Shown: positions 1 to 10,728, counted from the stretch's first letter. The stretch is 64,000 nucleotides of DNA from a virus (IMGVR_UViG_2974703250_000001:13567-77566); one strand, 5' to 3'. Notes: generated by a model from the sequence alone, not told the origin. Made by a program: numbers and translations.

Positions 1-2252
1 TCCACATGCGCAAGGACCGCGCGTCTCAGTATGTGACGCCGGGTGCGTATGCGGGTGGCGGTCTGCTCAGCGGGCCGGGCACGGGTCGTAGCGATTCGAT
101 GTTGGCGCGGGTGTCGAACGGTGAGTTCATCATTCGGGCTGATTCGGTGGCTAAGTACGGTCGTGACTTCTTCTCGTTGCTGAACGAAGGTCAGCTACCG
201 AGGTTCGATGGTGGCGGTTTGGTGGACTTGATTCTGCCGCCGGGTGGTTCGAGTGTGCCGCCTCCTGCGCCTTCGCAGAGCCTTAACCCTGTTGACCTTG
301 CACGTGGTTTTCCGCGTTTCCCTGCCCAGAGTTCAGCTCCGGCCAATCGTTTCGATTCCCCGACGCCTCTGGACATGCTGCCTAAGCCGGTTATTCCGAT
401 GCCGGACCTTGCTAATCCGGGTCTCTACGATCCGGCGTCAGGCAAGTACGGTGCTGCGCCAGCGTCAGCGGTTCAGCAGCCGCTTAGGCCTGGTGTTGAT
501 GGAGACAAGGGTGAGGCGAGCGGGCCTAATGTGCCGCCGACCGATCCTCGTAGCCCTGGCTACAAGCAGCCAAATCACGGTTTGGGTGGGTCTCCTGGTC
601 CAGGTAATGGCACTCCGCATCTGACGGGTCCGGGTGGGACTCCGGTCAGCCCTGGGGTTGCTTCGGCGCTGCCATCTAACGGTGGTATTCCGGGGTTGAC
701 GCCTAGCGCTACTGATCCTTTGGGCCTAAGCGGTTTGCCTAAGGAAATTCAGCCGGTGACCATCTTGGAGCAGATCGGGGAGATTCTGCTTAGTGCGGTG
801 CTCGGGTTCTTCGGGCTTGATCCGACGTATTTCAATATCGGTAAGCGCATCTTTACTGGCCTTAAGGGTGATAAGCCTAATGAGGCTAATCCGGGTGTGC
901 AGTCGATTTTGGATGGATACAAGAATCCGCTGGCTGATGGGCAGAACCCCTATGTCGGTACGTCGATCTATGACACGCAGTTTGATCCGGCTTCGCAGCG
1001 GGCGTCGAACATGGCTGAGCTTATGCGCGGCAAGCCGTACACGTGGGGCGGTTCGACGCTAGACGGGACTGACTGTTCCGGCCTGGTGATGTACGTCGTC
1101 GATGCTTACGAGGGTAAGGAGTTCTCTGGCCGTACCGGCGGAACTGGCGGCTTCGCGTCGTCGCTTCCAGCCAAGGGCGGTGTGATCATTTCTGATCCGT
1201 CACAAGCGCCTCCGGGCACGTTGCGGGTGGGTTGGAATGCTTCACATACGGCAGGAACGCTGCCAGATGGCCGTAACTTTGAGTCAAGCACGTTTGGTAA
1301 GCCGATTGCGGTCGGCGGCGGCGCGTCGGGTTACAACGATCCACAGTTCACGAACTGGGCCTACTTCCCAGCTCCGGGGTACGCCAATGGCGGGTTCCTG
1401 AGCGGGGCCGGTACGGGCCGGTCGGATTCGATGCTGGCTCGGGTCAGTAACGGTGAGTTCATCACGCGGGCGTCGAGTGTCGCTAAGTACGGGCGCTCGC
1501 TGTTCGATGCGTTGAACGCCGGGACGATTGATCCGGGCATGTTGCCGGGGTTCGCGGACGGTACGCCTCCGATTCCGGGGCTGCCGGTGCCGGTTCCTCA
1601 GACGCCGCAGCAGGCCGGGCCGCTGCCTGATCCGAACGGACAGGACGCGCAGGCCGCGCAGCAGGTCACGGACACGGCAGCCAATGCGCTTGATGGCGTA
1701 GCTGGCGCGCTGAACGGCGTGAACATGGGCTCTAGTGGGGCCATTCCTGGCGCTGACGCTCCGGATGGTGCGCAGCAGGGTAAAGACCCACGGTCGATCC
1801 TTGGTGCGGCTCCGACGAATACCGACCACAACAACCCTGCTTTGTCTAAGGGCATTCAGGGCGCGTTTAGCACGGTTGGCTCTCTGGCGTCTATGGCGGC
1901 TTCGGCGGCGATGACGGCGGGGACGATGGGTGCTGGCGCGGCGGCTGGCCCGGCTGGCGGTGCTGCGGGTGCAGGCATTCAGGCTGGCGCGCAGATCGCG
2001 GGGCAGGTGGCAACGGGTGCGTTGAACATTCTGTCCAGCTTGCTTGTGGGTTCAGCTCCGGGTTCAACGGGGACGACGCAGAGCGCTTACGGCGCTCCGG
2101 TGTTGCCTCAGGGGCCTCCGCAGTCAAGCGGTGGTGGACCGGCTGTGGTTAACAACTACGGCGATATCCACACGGCTAACTACGACGAGTTCTACAAGGG
2201 ACAGCAGCGTAGGGAAGCGCAGCAGCAGGCACCAATCCTGCCGCAGCGATAG
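1..2252 (+). CDS. Tape measure protein, C-terminal part (5' truncated by window), with NlpC/P60-like peptidase domain
   Basis: Frame is open to the window edge and lies directly upstream of the minor tail genes. Two copies of the GG.LSG.GTGRSDSMLARVSNGEFI motif typical of actinophage TMP C-termini. GKPYTWGG...DCSG...HT resembles NlpC/P60. Confidence 0.85.
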   Translation, partial: HMRKDRASQYVTPGAYAGGGLLSGPGTGRSDSMLARVSNGEFIIRADSVAKYGRDFFSLLNEGQLPRFDGGGLVDLILPPGGSSVPPPAPSQSLNPVDLARGFPRFPAQSSAPANRFDSPTPLDMLPKPVIPMPDLANPGLYDPASGKYGAAPASAVQQPLRPGVDGDKGEASGPNVPPTDPRSPGYKQPNHGLGGSPGPGNGTPHLTGPGGTPVSPGVASALPSNGGIPGLTPSATDPLGLSGLPKEIQPVTILEQIGEILLSAVLGFFGLDPTYFNIGKRIFTGLKGDKPNEANPGVQSILDGYKNPLADGQNPYVGTSIYDTQFDPASQRASNMAELMRGKPYTWGGSTLDGTDCSGLVMYVVDAYEGKEFSGRTGGTGGFASSLPAKGGVIISDPSQAPPGTLRVGWNASHTAGTLPDGRNFESSTFGKPIAVGGGASGYNDPQFTNWAYFPAPGYANGGFLSGAGTGRSDSMLARVSNGEFITRASSVAKYGRSLFDALNAGTIDPGMLPGFADGTPPIPGLPVPVPQTPQQAGPLPDPNGQDAQAAQQVTDTAANALDGVAGALNGVNMGSSGAIPGADAPDGAQQGKDPRSILGAAPTNTDHNNPALSKGIQGAFSTVGSLASMAASAAMTAGTMGAGAAAGPAGGAAGAGIQAGAQIAGQVATGALNILSSLLVGSAPGSTGTTQSAYGAPVLPQGPPQSSGGGPAVVNNYGDIHTANYDEFYKGQQRREAQQQAPILPQR

Positions 2253-2271
2253 CTAAATACGGATAACGAGG

Positions 2272-2319
2272 TAAGGCCCGTGCGGGGGTGGTGTTAATCC
2301 ACCTACCGGCGGGCCTTAT
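2272..2319 (+). terminator. Long stem-loop between tape measure and first minor tail gene
   Basis: TAAGGCCCG...CGGGCCTTA outer stem with inner GGTGG/CCACC stem; no clear U-tract. Confidence 0.45.
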
Positions 2320-2342
2320 CCCGTTGGAAAGACAACTGAATA

Positions 2343-3230
2343 GTGACCGATTTTCTCAAGATCGAATTGATTGGTCGGGACGGTTCACACTGGGTGTTGT
2401 CCGGACCGGGCATGGGTCAGCAGGGCGTAACCCTGAATCCCAATTTGCAGCAGTTCTACGACGCACCGGTTAAGACGCTTTACGTTCCGGGGCCGTTTGG
2501 CGAGGAATACGCGGGTAAGCGCGTTCAGCGCCGCGAGATTGTGTTCTCAGTTCAGGCGTATGACGAAGACCCGGACACATGGAGCACCGTCGATTCCCTT
2601 TGGCGTTGGGCCTGGGATTACGACGAGGAGTCAGAGCTAAGGGTTACCACGAGTGACGGCACCCGCTTTCTAAAGGTGCGCCTCATGGAGGAACCCAAGC
2701 CGTATTACGAGAAAGACCCGCATATCACTGCGGATAACCCAATCGTGATGACGGTTACGGCGACGTTCCCGTATTGGCAGGACGAGCCGGAAGAACTTAT
2801 TTGGACGACGCTTAGCACCGAGGACATGACGCGCTTTCCAGTGCGGAATGACGGCGATGTTCCGGTGTGGCTTAAGTGGACGCTCACCGCGCCGGGTCTG
2901 TGGATTCTGCCGGACTTCTCGTGGGCGAACGACATGTACTCGCGCGGGCGTGAGGACTTGGGCCGGACTGTTGCGCTCCCGGAGCTGGTCTCTGGTGAAC
3001 ACGTCTCGGTCGATTCAGACCCGCGCGTTCAGACGCTTATCGCGGTCAACGGGATGCCGACGCAGAACCGGTGGAAGGGCAATGACCTGCTCTATCCGCT
3101 GATGCCGGGTAAGGGCGCGGAAATCCCTGTGCAGCTTAAGAAAGCGCCGGAGGGCGGGGCTTGCAAGTTGACGCGTCCGCGCTGGTATTCGCGTCCGTGG
3201 TCTCGGCCAGGGGTGCGTCTCAATGGCTAA
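2343..3230 (+). CDS. Minor tail protein (distal tail/Dit-like)
   Basis: First gene after the TMP; 295 aa; sequence resembles mycobacteriophage minor tail proteins. Confidence 0.8.
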   Translation: MTDFLKIELIGRDGSHWVLSGPGMGQQGVTLNPNLQQFYDAPVKTLYVPGPFGEEYAGKRVQRREIVFSVQAYDEDPDTWSTVDSLWRWAWDYDEESELRVTTSDGTRFLKVRLMEEPKPYYEKDPHITADNPIVMTVTATFPYWQDEPEELIWTTLSTEDMTRFPVRNDGDVPVWLKWTLTAPGLWILPDFSWANDMYSRGREDLGRTVALPELVSGEHVSVDSDPRVQTLIAVNGMPTQNRWKGNDLLYPLMPGKGAEIPVQLKKAPEGGACKLTRPRWYSRPWSRPGVRLNG

Positions 3231-4986
3231 CAACTGGACCGACATTCTCGCGGCTTCGGATGGCGATGAGTGGGCGGCATTCAAGACGATTGAGGCGCAG
3301 GCTGACGAGGTTCGGGCGGGGCACCAGGCGCTAAGGCGCGCTAAGCCGCTAATCCGACTTTGGATGAACAACCCGGACGGCTCGGAAGGGCTGGTGTACG
3401 TCGGACGTGTTGATTACGACGATACGATTCGCGGCTCATTCCCGTTTAAGAACAACACTCCGTCTCAGGGCGTGTTGGAACTGCGGGATGACAACTATCT
3501 AGCGGTCTGGCTTAAGCAGCTACCTAACAACCCTGAGCTTAAAAAGAACGTCGTTATCACGGTCGACTTCTACGGCGGTAAGAAGCGGTGGAGTGGACTT
3601 CTCGATAAGTGGACGATTAAGTCAAAGGAGCACGTTAAGTACCTAGAGGTCACTTTTAACGATGACCTCACTATGTTGCAGTATCTTTTGTGCCCGCCGA
3701 ATCCGGCATTGCCAATTCCGGTCCTACAATTTCCACGCATTTTCGGAATTGCTGGACCTGCAAAATGGGCCATTTCTACCCTAATTTTTATCAACCTATT
3801 TCGAGTTCAGGGTAACTTGTGGACTCTGCCGGATGACCCATTCAACTTGGAGTCTTGGGACGACATTCTGGATTGGTCGGATTGGCAGTGTTTCGTTAAG
3901 TCTGATTCGTTCCTGCTGGACGATTCTTCTGTTTGGACGTTCCTGTCCTCGCGGATGAATCCGGTGGACTCGATTATCGCTGACGCGTTGGATGATGCGC
4001 AGTTGACGATCACTTACCGGCGTGTGCTGACTGATGACGGTGAGACCGCAGAGGGATTCCCTGGCGCTCATGGCATTAAGAATGGCGCGCTTGTCTTTGA
4101 GATTGTCGATAACAGCAACGCTACGGCTCTTGAGGGCACGTTCTTCTCGGGCACGATTGTTGACGGTTTCGCGCGGTCGGTGCTGCTTTACGGCGGCGGG
4201 TTCGTCGAGGACACGCTAAGCGTCGTTAGCGACGACCAGACGTTGCAGCCTGACGAGTATTACCAGTCCGGGTGGCTGGCGACTATGGCGAAGATGCCGT
4301 GGCTCGTGGTCCGCGACAACGAATGGACGCCTATTGAGTCGTCTGATCTGTCGTGGGGACCGGCTAAGAACGTCAGCGTCATTGTGGGTGGCGATAACCC
4401 GGCTGCCGATGCCATTGCGAAGCTCATCATTGAGACGACCGGAAACCTGCTGGGGTATTTCCTGCTAGGTGGCTTTAGCTCTGCGGGCACGATTGCCGCA
4501 GACATCATTATGCCGTTCTTGGTCGGCACTATCGCGGCGTGGTTGCAGTGGAAGAACACGGGCCGGGCGACGGAGCTTGGTTGGGTTCATTACTGGGAGC
4601 TGTACCAGCAGGGCGCGGAAAGCAATAGCTGGTCGCTAGCTGCTTTGGCCGCTTTGCGTGGCGGGTTCCTGGTGGGACGCAGCGAGACGGTTCACCTAAT
4701 GGCGCTGCATGACTCTTGGATTATTCCGGGTCTGCATATCGACATTGGTCAGCGTATGGGTTCGACGGTCAATTCTAAGGGCGTCGAGAACATCGTTTGG
4801 GTTAACCAGCTAGAGGAAATGACCGCTGCCTGGGATAACACGGCGGGTCAGCCGATGCCTCTTTCTTGGGTGCTTAAGGCCGGTAAGTCGGAACGTGCCA
4901 TGTCTATTGGTGAACGGGTCGCGCGCTTGGCAAAGAAGATGAGCGAGGCGCTGAACAACGTGGGTGTCCACATTGTTCAGAGTTAA
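3223..4986 (+). CDS. Minor tail protein (baseplate hub-like)
   Basis: 587 aa; second gene after the TMP; RLWMNN...GRV and PLPIPVLQFPRIF segments resemble D29 gp28-like proteins. Confidence 0.8.
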   Translation: MANNWTDILAASDGDEWAAFKTIEAQADEVRAGHQALRRAKPLIRLWMNNPDGSEGLVYVGRVDYDDTIRGSFPFKNNTPSQGVLELRDDNYLAVWLKQLPNNPELKKNVVITVDFYGGKKRWSGLLDKWTIKSKEHVKYLEVTFNDDLTMLQYLLCPPNPALPIPVLQFPRIFGIAGPAKWAISTLIFINLFRVQGNLWTLPDDPFNLESWDDILDWSDWQCFVKSDSFLLDDSSVWTFLSSRMNPVDSIIADALDDAQLTITYRRVLTDDGETAEGFPGAHGIKNGALVFEIVDNSNATALEGTFFSGTIVDGFARSVLLYGGGFVEDTLSVVSDDQTLQPDEYYQSGWLATMAKMPWLVVRDNEWTPIESSDLSWGPAKNVSVIVGGDNPAADAIAKLIIETTGNLLGYFLLGGFSSAGTIAADIIMPFLVGTIAAWLQWKNTGRATELGWVHYWELYQQGAESNSWSLAALAALRGGFLVGRSETVHLMALHDSWIIPGLHIDIGQRMGSTVNSKGVENIVWVNQLEEMTAAWDNTAGQPMPLSWVLKAGKSERAMSIGERVARLAKKMSEALNNVGVHIVQS

Positions 4987-5009
4987 GAAGTTTAGGGGGT
5001 TTAGCCGAA

Positions 5010-5462
5010 ATGGCTAAAACGCAAGCAGAGTCCAATTTGGACGATCCAAAGGAAATGTTCGCGTGGATGTTCGCGGCGGGTGTTCCTGATCCTAGGAGCA
5101 ATGAGAAGGTTCAGTATCCGAATCAGCCGCTAATTCCGCCGCAGTGCTATCCGGCGCTTAGCGAGATGCTCTACAAGATGGGTGCTCGCTTTCACCCGGA
5201 TAAGCAAGAGCTGTGGGTTCAGGGCGCTACGGGCATTGAGCGCAACTTTGTTGTTGCGACGACGACGGACATTAAGCCGGAGGATATCGCGCCTGATGTG
5301 GCGGCGATGGTCGCTGATCAGTTCCCGGAGGTTGCCGCTCAGGTGGGGGCGGTTACTCCGGCCACTCACCAGGAGGCGCTACAGGCTCAGGCCGACAAGC
5401 TACTAGACAACCTTGCCCGCCTTAAGGCTGCGCGTGCGCAGATGGAGGGGGGTAAGAGCTAG
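5010..5462 (+). CDS. Minor tail protein (DUF2744-like)
   Basis: DDPKEMFAWMF...PLIPP...LSEMLYKMGARFHP pattern; position in the tail module. Confidence 0.7.
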   Translation: MAKTQAESNLDDPKEMFAWMFAAGVPDPRSNEKVQYPNQPLIPPQCYPALSEMLYKMGARFHPDKQELWVQGATGIERNFVVATTTDIKPEDIAPDVAAMVADQFPEVAAQVGAVTPATHQEALQAQADKLLDNLARLKAARAQMEGGKS

Positions 5463-8099
5463 ATGACGATGCCGAATGGCTCCGGGGGATTGGACCCCGG
5501 AGCCTGGCTCGCCCATTGGGTTAATCAGGCTGACCTTTCGTCGCTCGCTGGCCGTACCGAGACTGAGGTACGGGCGTACTTCGAGAACCTGGTTCAGGCC
5601 GACTCGGGTTGGGGCGATGCCTCTAACACGTTCTTCAACATGATCCTTGGCGGATTTCAGAACCTAAGCGAGTTCGTCACCCTCATTGTCCATGCGATCA
5701 CCGGTACGCCGGGCGGGCTTACCGACTTGCAGGCGTTCCTAACTGAACGCTGGGGCGATCTAGCAGACGCGTTTGAGTCCGTGGCTAACCTTATCGACGC
5801 TATCGCGGGTGAGGTTGGGTCAAGCCTGGCGGATGCTATCGCCAAGCTGGCTACGTTCCTTACGGAGCTGTCTCCGCTGAATGCCGGGATGCTGTTTGGC
5901 CTGATTGGCACGAACCACCTGCCGCTGTTGTCAGTCTCGCACATTGCGAATATCAACCCTGAGCTGCTTGTTAACGCCGGGTTCGACACGGACGTTTCGG
6001 TGGTCGATAACCCGTATTGGGATTGGGACGGCACGGTGGGCCGGACGGCTCCGCTGGGGTCGGTGAAGGTGGTCGCTGACGGCACGATTAAGGACTTGCT
6101 GTCTGGGCCTGACGCTATCCCGGTTGTTGAGGGCCAGAAGCTCAATGTGTCGGCGTGGTTTAAGTACGCGGGACTAGTCGCGGGCGCGGGTAGTGGTGCT
6201 ATCCGGTTGTCTGGCACTGCATATTCGGCTGACGGCGAGGTTGTGGCTTACCCGGACTTCGGGGGCGTTCCGGACGGGACAACGGGCACAGGCGATTGGG
6301 CGCAGATCACGGGTCAGTACGTGGTGCCAGCGGGTGTGACGCAGTTCAGGCTGCGGCTATCTGTGCGGGACAACGCGACCGCCGGAACGGTTTGGTTTGA
6401 CGACTGTTCGGTTAAGAAGGCTGGCCTGCTTCCGCAGGGGCTCGTGGATGGTCTGACGCAGGCGCTTAATGACCTGCTTACGTGGTTGGAATCGCTAGTA
6501 GACAACGTTCTGGCGGCGCTCGGTCTCGATCCCATCGGGACGATTGTGGACAAGATTCTGGACCTGGCCGACGAGTTCGGAGATTGGCTTGGGTCCACTG
6601 AGGACACGGCAGCGCACCTGACGAACCTTCTGTCCAACCTGCTGACCAATCCGGCTTCGGTGATTGGCCCGCTGGCGCAGTCGATGATTACGGGCCTTAC
6701 GGGCGCGCTAGGGAACCTAAACACTGCTATCAACCAGATCGGTGACGTTCTGGTCGGCACGGTGGTGACTCCGATTAACTCGGCAATCTCTAACGTGATC
6801 GACTGGTTTAACAGTCTGTTGAACTTTCAGGACACCACGGCGGCTAACCAGGTCAACCAGCAGAACTTTCAGATTGCCACCTTGGCAAGTGGCATTAAGA
6901 AGCAGCAGTGGGAGTGTCGTTATAGCACTGCTTTCGTCACGTTCCCTGAGATGTTTTGCGACTGGGGTTTCGCGCTAGGTGGTGTTACCGGCGCACAGTC
7001 GACGGGCACCGCACATACGCACATGCTGAACACTGACGGTCTTGCTGCGCTGCAACTTTCGATTTTGCCTGCGGGCTACGCGGTTGGTGGGTACATCGGC
7101 ATTTCGGACACGACCATCGTGGACACGCTTGCCATGAAGATGTACAAGGAGACCAGCTCGGCAATCAACAATGTTTACCTTGAGGTTTTCCGTGAAGATC
7201 CGACTGGGGCTCTAACGGTGGTTGGTTCCGTTGATGTATCGGGGCAGTTGACCACTACCAGTGACTATGTAGAAGCGGCTTTGCCTGCTGGCGTAATTGT
7301 TAATGCGGGTGAGCGGTATGTGGTTCGCATGCGGAACGCGTCGACTGTCGGTAACCGTGTCGGCATCTCGGTGATGAAGGAACTGGTTGGCGGGCGCGAA
7401 CTTAGCATTCGCACGGAAACCGCTGCCGACTCAAACAAGACCACTTATACGCCTTCGGAGGTTCTGGCCGCGCAGGGATTGTCGGTCATTATGCCGTGGG
7501 CGATGATGGCCGCTAAGAATCTCGCTACTACTGACCAGTCGTTTTCGGATGACTTTAACCGCTCTGCGATGGGTGGTTTGTGGTTCCTTAAGTCGGATAC
7601 CGGGACTAACCAAGTTGGTGTCTCTGGTGGTCGCGCGGCGTTTTCGGGCCTTACGGATGGAAACCAGAATGCGCTTTATATCCGGCCTACGGCGGGGGAT
7701 AAGCAATGGGTTGAAGCCAATCTCTATGAGACTGGTATTGCGGCTAGTGGCGCACGCGAAGGTCTGCTCATGCACGCTAATCGTGACCTTAGTCAGGTTG
7801 TGTACCTAGGCGTCAATCTGAATAGCGCGAAAATTTACACCGGTCCGTGGAACTCGTTGACTGAGCGTGCGTCTGTTAGCACTGCCGGTAATGACGTGCT
7901 GTGGCAGATGTATTTCGATCCTGCGACTGCGGCGTACACGGTGCTTAAGAACGGTCAGGCCAGCGGTCTTACGTGGACGGATAGCGGGTCAGTTGTTGCG
8001 CATGGACCGAACTACCGGTTCGGGGGTCTCCGTATTTCGCGTAGCACGTTCTTTAACGCGGGTCGGGTTGACAACTGGACGTTGAAGGACTGGACATAA
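5463..8099 (+). CDS. Large minor tail protein with carbohydrate-binding-like domains
   Basis: 878 aa; LLVNAGFD...VWFDDCSV galactose-binding-like segment; position in the tail module. Confidence 0.8.
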   Translation: MTMPNGSGGLDPGAWLAHWVNQADLSSLAGRTETEVRAYFENLVQADSGWGDASNTFFNMILGGFQNLSEFVTLIVHAITGTPGGLTDLQAFLTERWGDLADAFESVANLIDAIAGEVGSSLADAIAKLATFLTELSPLNAGMLFGLIGTNHLPLLSVSHIANINPELLVNAGFDTDVSVVDNPYWDWDGTVGRTAPLGSVKVVADGTIKDLLSGPDAIPVVEGQKLNVSAWFKYAGLVAGAGSGAIRLSGTAYSADGEVVAYPDFGGVPDGTTGTGDWAQITGQYVVPAGVTQFRLRLSVRDNATAGTVWFDDCSVKKAGLLPQGLVDGLTQALNDLLTWLESLVDNVLAALGLDPIGTIVDKILDLADEFGDWLGSTEDTAAHLTNLLSNLLTNPASVIGPLAQSMITGLTGALGNLNTAINQIGDVLVGTVVTPINSAISNVIDWFNSLLNFQDTTAANQVNQQNFQIATLASGIKKQQWECRYSTAFVTFPEMFCDWGFALGGVTGAQSTGTAHTHMLNTDGLAALQLSILPAGYAVGGYIGISDTTIVDTLAMKMYKETSSAINNVYLEVFREDPTGALTVVGSVDVSGQLTTTSDYVEAALPAGVIVNAGERYVVRMRNASTVGNRVGISVMKELVGGRELSIRTETAADSNKTTYTPSEVLAAQGLSVIMPWAMMAAKNLATTDQSFSDDFNRSAMGGLWFLKSDTGTNQVGVSGGRAAFSGLTDGNQNALYIRPTAGDKQWVEANLYETGIAASGAREGLLMHANRDLSQVVYLGVNLNSAKIYTGPWNSLTERASVSTAGNDVLWQMYFDPATAAYTVLKNGQASGLTWTDSGSVVAHGPNYRFGGLRISRSTFFNAGRVDNWTLKDWT

Positions 8100-8112
8100 A
8101 AGAGGGGGTTGT

Positions 8113-9195
8113 ATGTCATGGGGAGTATCCCCGCCAACCCTTATCGTCGCTCCCGTTAAAGGGTGGCTTACTGATCCTGTTAACACTCCGGCGGCTCCGG
8201 TTGCCGGTTGGTGGATTCAGTACAGCGCGTTAGCTGCCGCGATCATTACGATTATCGGCACGGCGGAAGCTACTGCCGTTGCGCAGGCTATCGCCACGCT
8301 TGGAATCACGAGCAGTGGCGACACCGAGCAGTTCCATTTTGTTGAGGCTAGCGCGCTTATCAACTTGGTTGCTTCGGCTTCCACGGTCGCTGTCGTTGAT
8401 GGCGTGCCGGGCTTGGTGGGCCTTACGGCTAGTGCCGGTGCGGTGCCGTCGTTGGCGGCGGATATTTCGTTCGCGTTGTCGACGGCAGCGGCCCAAGCGG
8501 TCGCTGTTGTCGACGCCTACGCGGCGCTGGTGGTGAATCCAAGCGGTACGGCGCTGGCGATTGCTGATGCAGTTGCCACGCTGAATGTGCTCGCGTCTGG
8601 AACGGCAGAGTTCCCGGCTAACGGGCCTACGTCTACGACGTACTCGGCTGTCGGCGCGTTCGCTTACCCGATTCCGTGGTGGAGCCGGTATGTCGACGAG
8701 GTTCTGTTGAGCGCTGGCGGCGGCGGGTCCGGTGGCGGCGTGGTGATTGGTGGCGCTGGCGGGCAGGGCGGCGAATGGCGCTGGCGGACTCTAGAGCGGG
8801 GTGTGGATATCCCGTGGGCGCAGACAGTCATTAACGGCTCCGTGGGCACTGGTGGTGTGCGTGGGGCTGGTGGCCCGTCTCCTGGCAATGGTTCGGCTGG
8901 CGGCGACACGGTAGGTACTCAGACCGCGCCGGGCGGGGCCGGAGGCGGTAGCTGGGGTGCTGGCGGCATGAATGGTGGGCCAGCTCGTAACGGCAACGCT
9001 ACTTCTGGCCGTGACGTGACGTTAAACGGCATCACCTACGTCGGTGGTGCGCAGGCATCGGTCAACGCTTCTGGCGTCGGACCGAACGGTAACCCTCCGG
9101 GTGGTGGCGCGTCGGGCGGTGGCGTCTTTTTTGGTATCGGGCAGAACGGTGGTACTGGCGCTAACGGTCAAGCGTGGTATCGGGCTTATCAATAA
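8113..9195 (+). CDS. Minor tail protein, Gly-rich C-terminus
   Basis: Ala-rich N-terminal half; YPIPWW...GGGGSGGG Gly-rich domain typical of mycobacteriophage tail proteins. Confidence 0.75.
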   Translation: MSWGVSPPTLIVAPVKGWLTDPVNTPAAPVAGWWIQYSALAAAIITIIGTAEATAVAQAIATLGITSSGDTEQFHFVEASALINLVASASTVAVVDGVPGLVGLTASAGAVPSLAADISFALSTAAAQAVAVVDAYAALVVNPSGTALAIADAVATLNVLASGTAEFPANGPTSTTYSAVGAFAYPIPWWSRYVDEVLLSAGGGGSGGGVVIGGAGGQGGEWRWRTLERGVDIPWAQTVINGSVGTGGVRGAGGPSPGNGSAGGDTVGTQTAPGGAGGGSWGAGGMNGGPARNGNATSGRDVTLNGITYVGGAQASVNASGVGPNGNPPGGGASGGGVFFGIGQNGGTGANGQAWYRAYQ

Positions 9196-9215
9196 TCGAA
9201 TAGGGAAAACTGAAT

Positions 9216-9557
9216 ATGGCTTTTACTACAGGCGCGAAGAACGACGCCGTTAATGCCACGGTCACTGGTTATACCTGGATCAGCCTGCATACGGGTGATC
9301 CAGGTACAACCGGCGCTAACGAGGCCAGTGGTGGCTCTTATGCGCGAAAGCAAACGACGTGGCCTACGTCTACGGTTGGCGTTTCGCTGGGCTCTAAGGT
9401 GTCATTTACCAACCTGATCGCCGCTGGTTACACACATTACGGCGTGTGGTCTGCGGCTAGCGGTGGAACGTTCCGGTTTGGGAACCCGCTGTCTCCCGGC
9501 GTGACGCTTAACGGTCCGGGTGGTATCGACGTGACTCCGAAGTGTGAGTTTCCGTAA
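9216..9557 (+). CDS. Small minor tail protein
   Basis: SLHTGDPGTTGANEASGGSYARK motif common in phage tail proteins. Confidence 0.7.
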   Translation: MAFTTGAKNDAVNATVTGYTWISLHTGDPGTTGANEASGGSYARKQTTWPTSTVGVSLGSKVSFTNLIAAGYTHYGVWSAASGGTFRFGNPLSPGVTLNGPGGIDVTPKCEFP

Positions 9558-10492
9558 TGCTTAGCGTCGGACCGATTATGGAGACGCTGACCCTAACGGT
9601 GGGCAGCGCATTTGAGATTCCGGGGTGGAAGCTCCGGGGTGAGTATCCGGCGGGAACTACGTCGCATCTGGTATTTACTGATGCGGCGGGCGGGACGCTG
9701 GGCGAGTTTGAGGGCACGGTCAGCGCTAAGGAAATTCACTACCTGCAAGCGCCGGACGATGTTAAGGACATTCCGCATGGGGCGAACTTTCAACTGTTCG
9801 TGACCTATCCGTCTATGCAGCCTCAGTGCTTGTATTACGGGACGGCGATCCGTAAGGAACCTAGGTATCCGCTTAGCACGGTGGTTAGTCCTGAGGACTC
9901 GGCTGTGCAGTACAAGGCGAACTTTATTGGTGAGTACATCGGGCCTATGTGGAAGCCGATGGGTAACGGCTGGGGCTCGCTTGGTATTCACACGCACGCG
10001 TTGATTTCGGAAGTCCCGTCTATGGGTCCGAATTACTCGCTGTTCTCGTCTGCGGCTGCGCGTTGGCTTTGGTCAATGAACATGGATTCGGTAACCATCG
10101 TGGTCCGGGTTCTTAACGTCGGCGCGGGCAAGTTCAACGTGATCGTTTGCGCCGATTATCAGATGCAAACCTATCTCGGCATTCAGTTCGAGACGGGCAT
10201 TAGTAACAACAAGGTTCATGTCATCACTGGTGATGGCCCGCTGGACTGGGATTACCAGGGCGCAGCGGTAGATAACACCACGGCTAACGGCGACGTTTAC
10301 ACGATCAAGTACAACGATCTGCTGGACACGATTTCGTGTTACAAGGGCACTTCGTTGACGCCACTCATTGAGGCTTCGGGGCTAGATGTTCCGCACGGTG
10401 AGGGCTTCCGCTATACGGGCTTGGCATGGAATACCGCGCTGCTTTCTCCGGGTGTTGAACCTACGGCTTGGGAAGCTAAGGACGGTGTTTAG
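9557..10492 (+). CDS. Minor tail protein with beta-sandwich (ConA-like) C-terminus
   Basis: Last large gene before the lysis cassette; beta-rich C-terminal domain. Confidence 0.65.
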   Translation: MLSVGPIMETLTLTVGSAFEIPGWKLRGEYPAGTTSHLVFTDAAGGTLGEFEGTVSAKEIHYLQAPDDVKDIPHGANFQLFVTYPSMQPQCLYYGTAIRKEPRYPLSTVVSPEDSAVQYKANFIGEYIGPMWKPMGNGWGSLGIHTHALISEVPSMGPNYSLFSSAAARWLWSMNMDSVTIVVRVLNVGAGKFNVIVCADYQMQTYLGIQFETGISNNKVHVITGDGPLDWDYQGAAVDNTTANGDVYTIKYNDLLDTISCYKGTSLTPLIEASGLDVPHGEGFRYTGLAWNTALLSPGVEPTAWEAKDGV

Positions 10493-10728
10493 TGGGATTC
10501 ATTGAGTCTCTAATTGAGAAGATCGCGGTTGAGGTTGCTAAGCAAGTGGCCGCTAAGTTGGCGGATGAACTTGGCGACCTAGCGGGGGATATCTCTAAGC
10601 AAGTTGTCGATGAGGTCGGCGAAGTAGCAGGCGAGATTTCTAAGTCGGTTATCTCGGAGATTTCCGATTCGGTGCAGGGCATTGCGGGTCAACTGATTAA
10701 GGCCGTCACTGGCGGCTTCTTTAAGTAG
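10492..10728 (+). CDS. Small acidic hypothetical protein before lysin A
   Basis: Overlaps the upstream stop by 1 nt; repetitive amphipathic helix. Confidence 0.55.
   Translation: MGFIESLIEKIAVEVAKQVAAKLADELGDLAGDISKQVVDEVGEVAGEISKSVISEISDSVQGIAGQLIKAVTGGFFK

Noticed and set aside
8700-9195. Gly-rich segment as PE-PGRS-like host-derived sequence
   Set aside because: Ordinary Gly-rich phage tail domain in the tail module.
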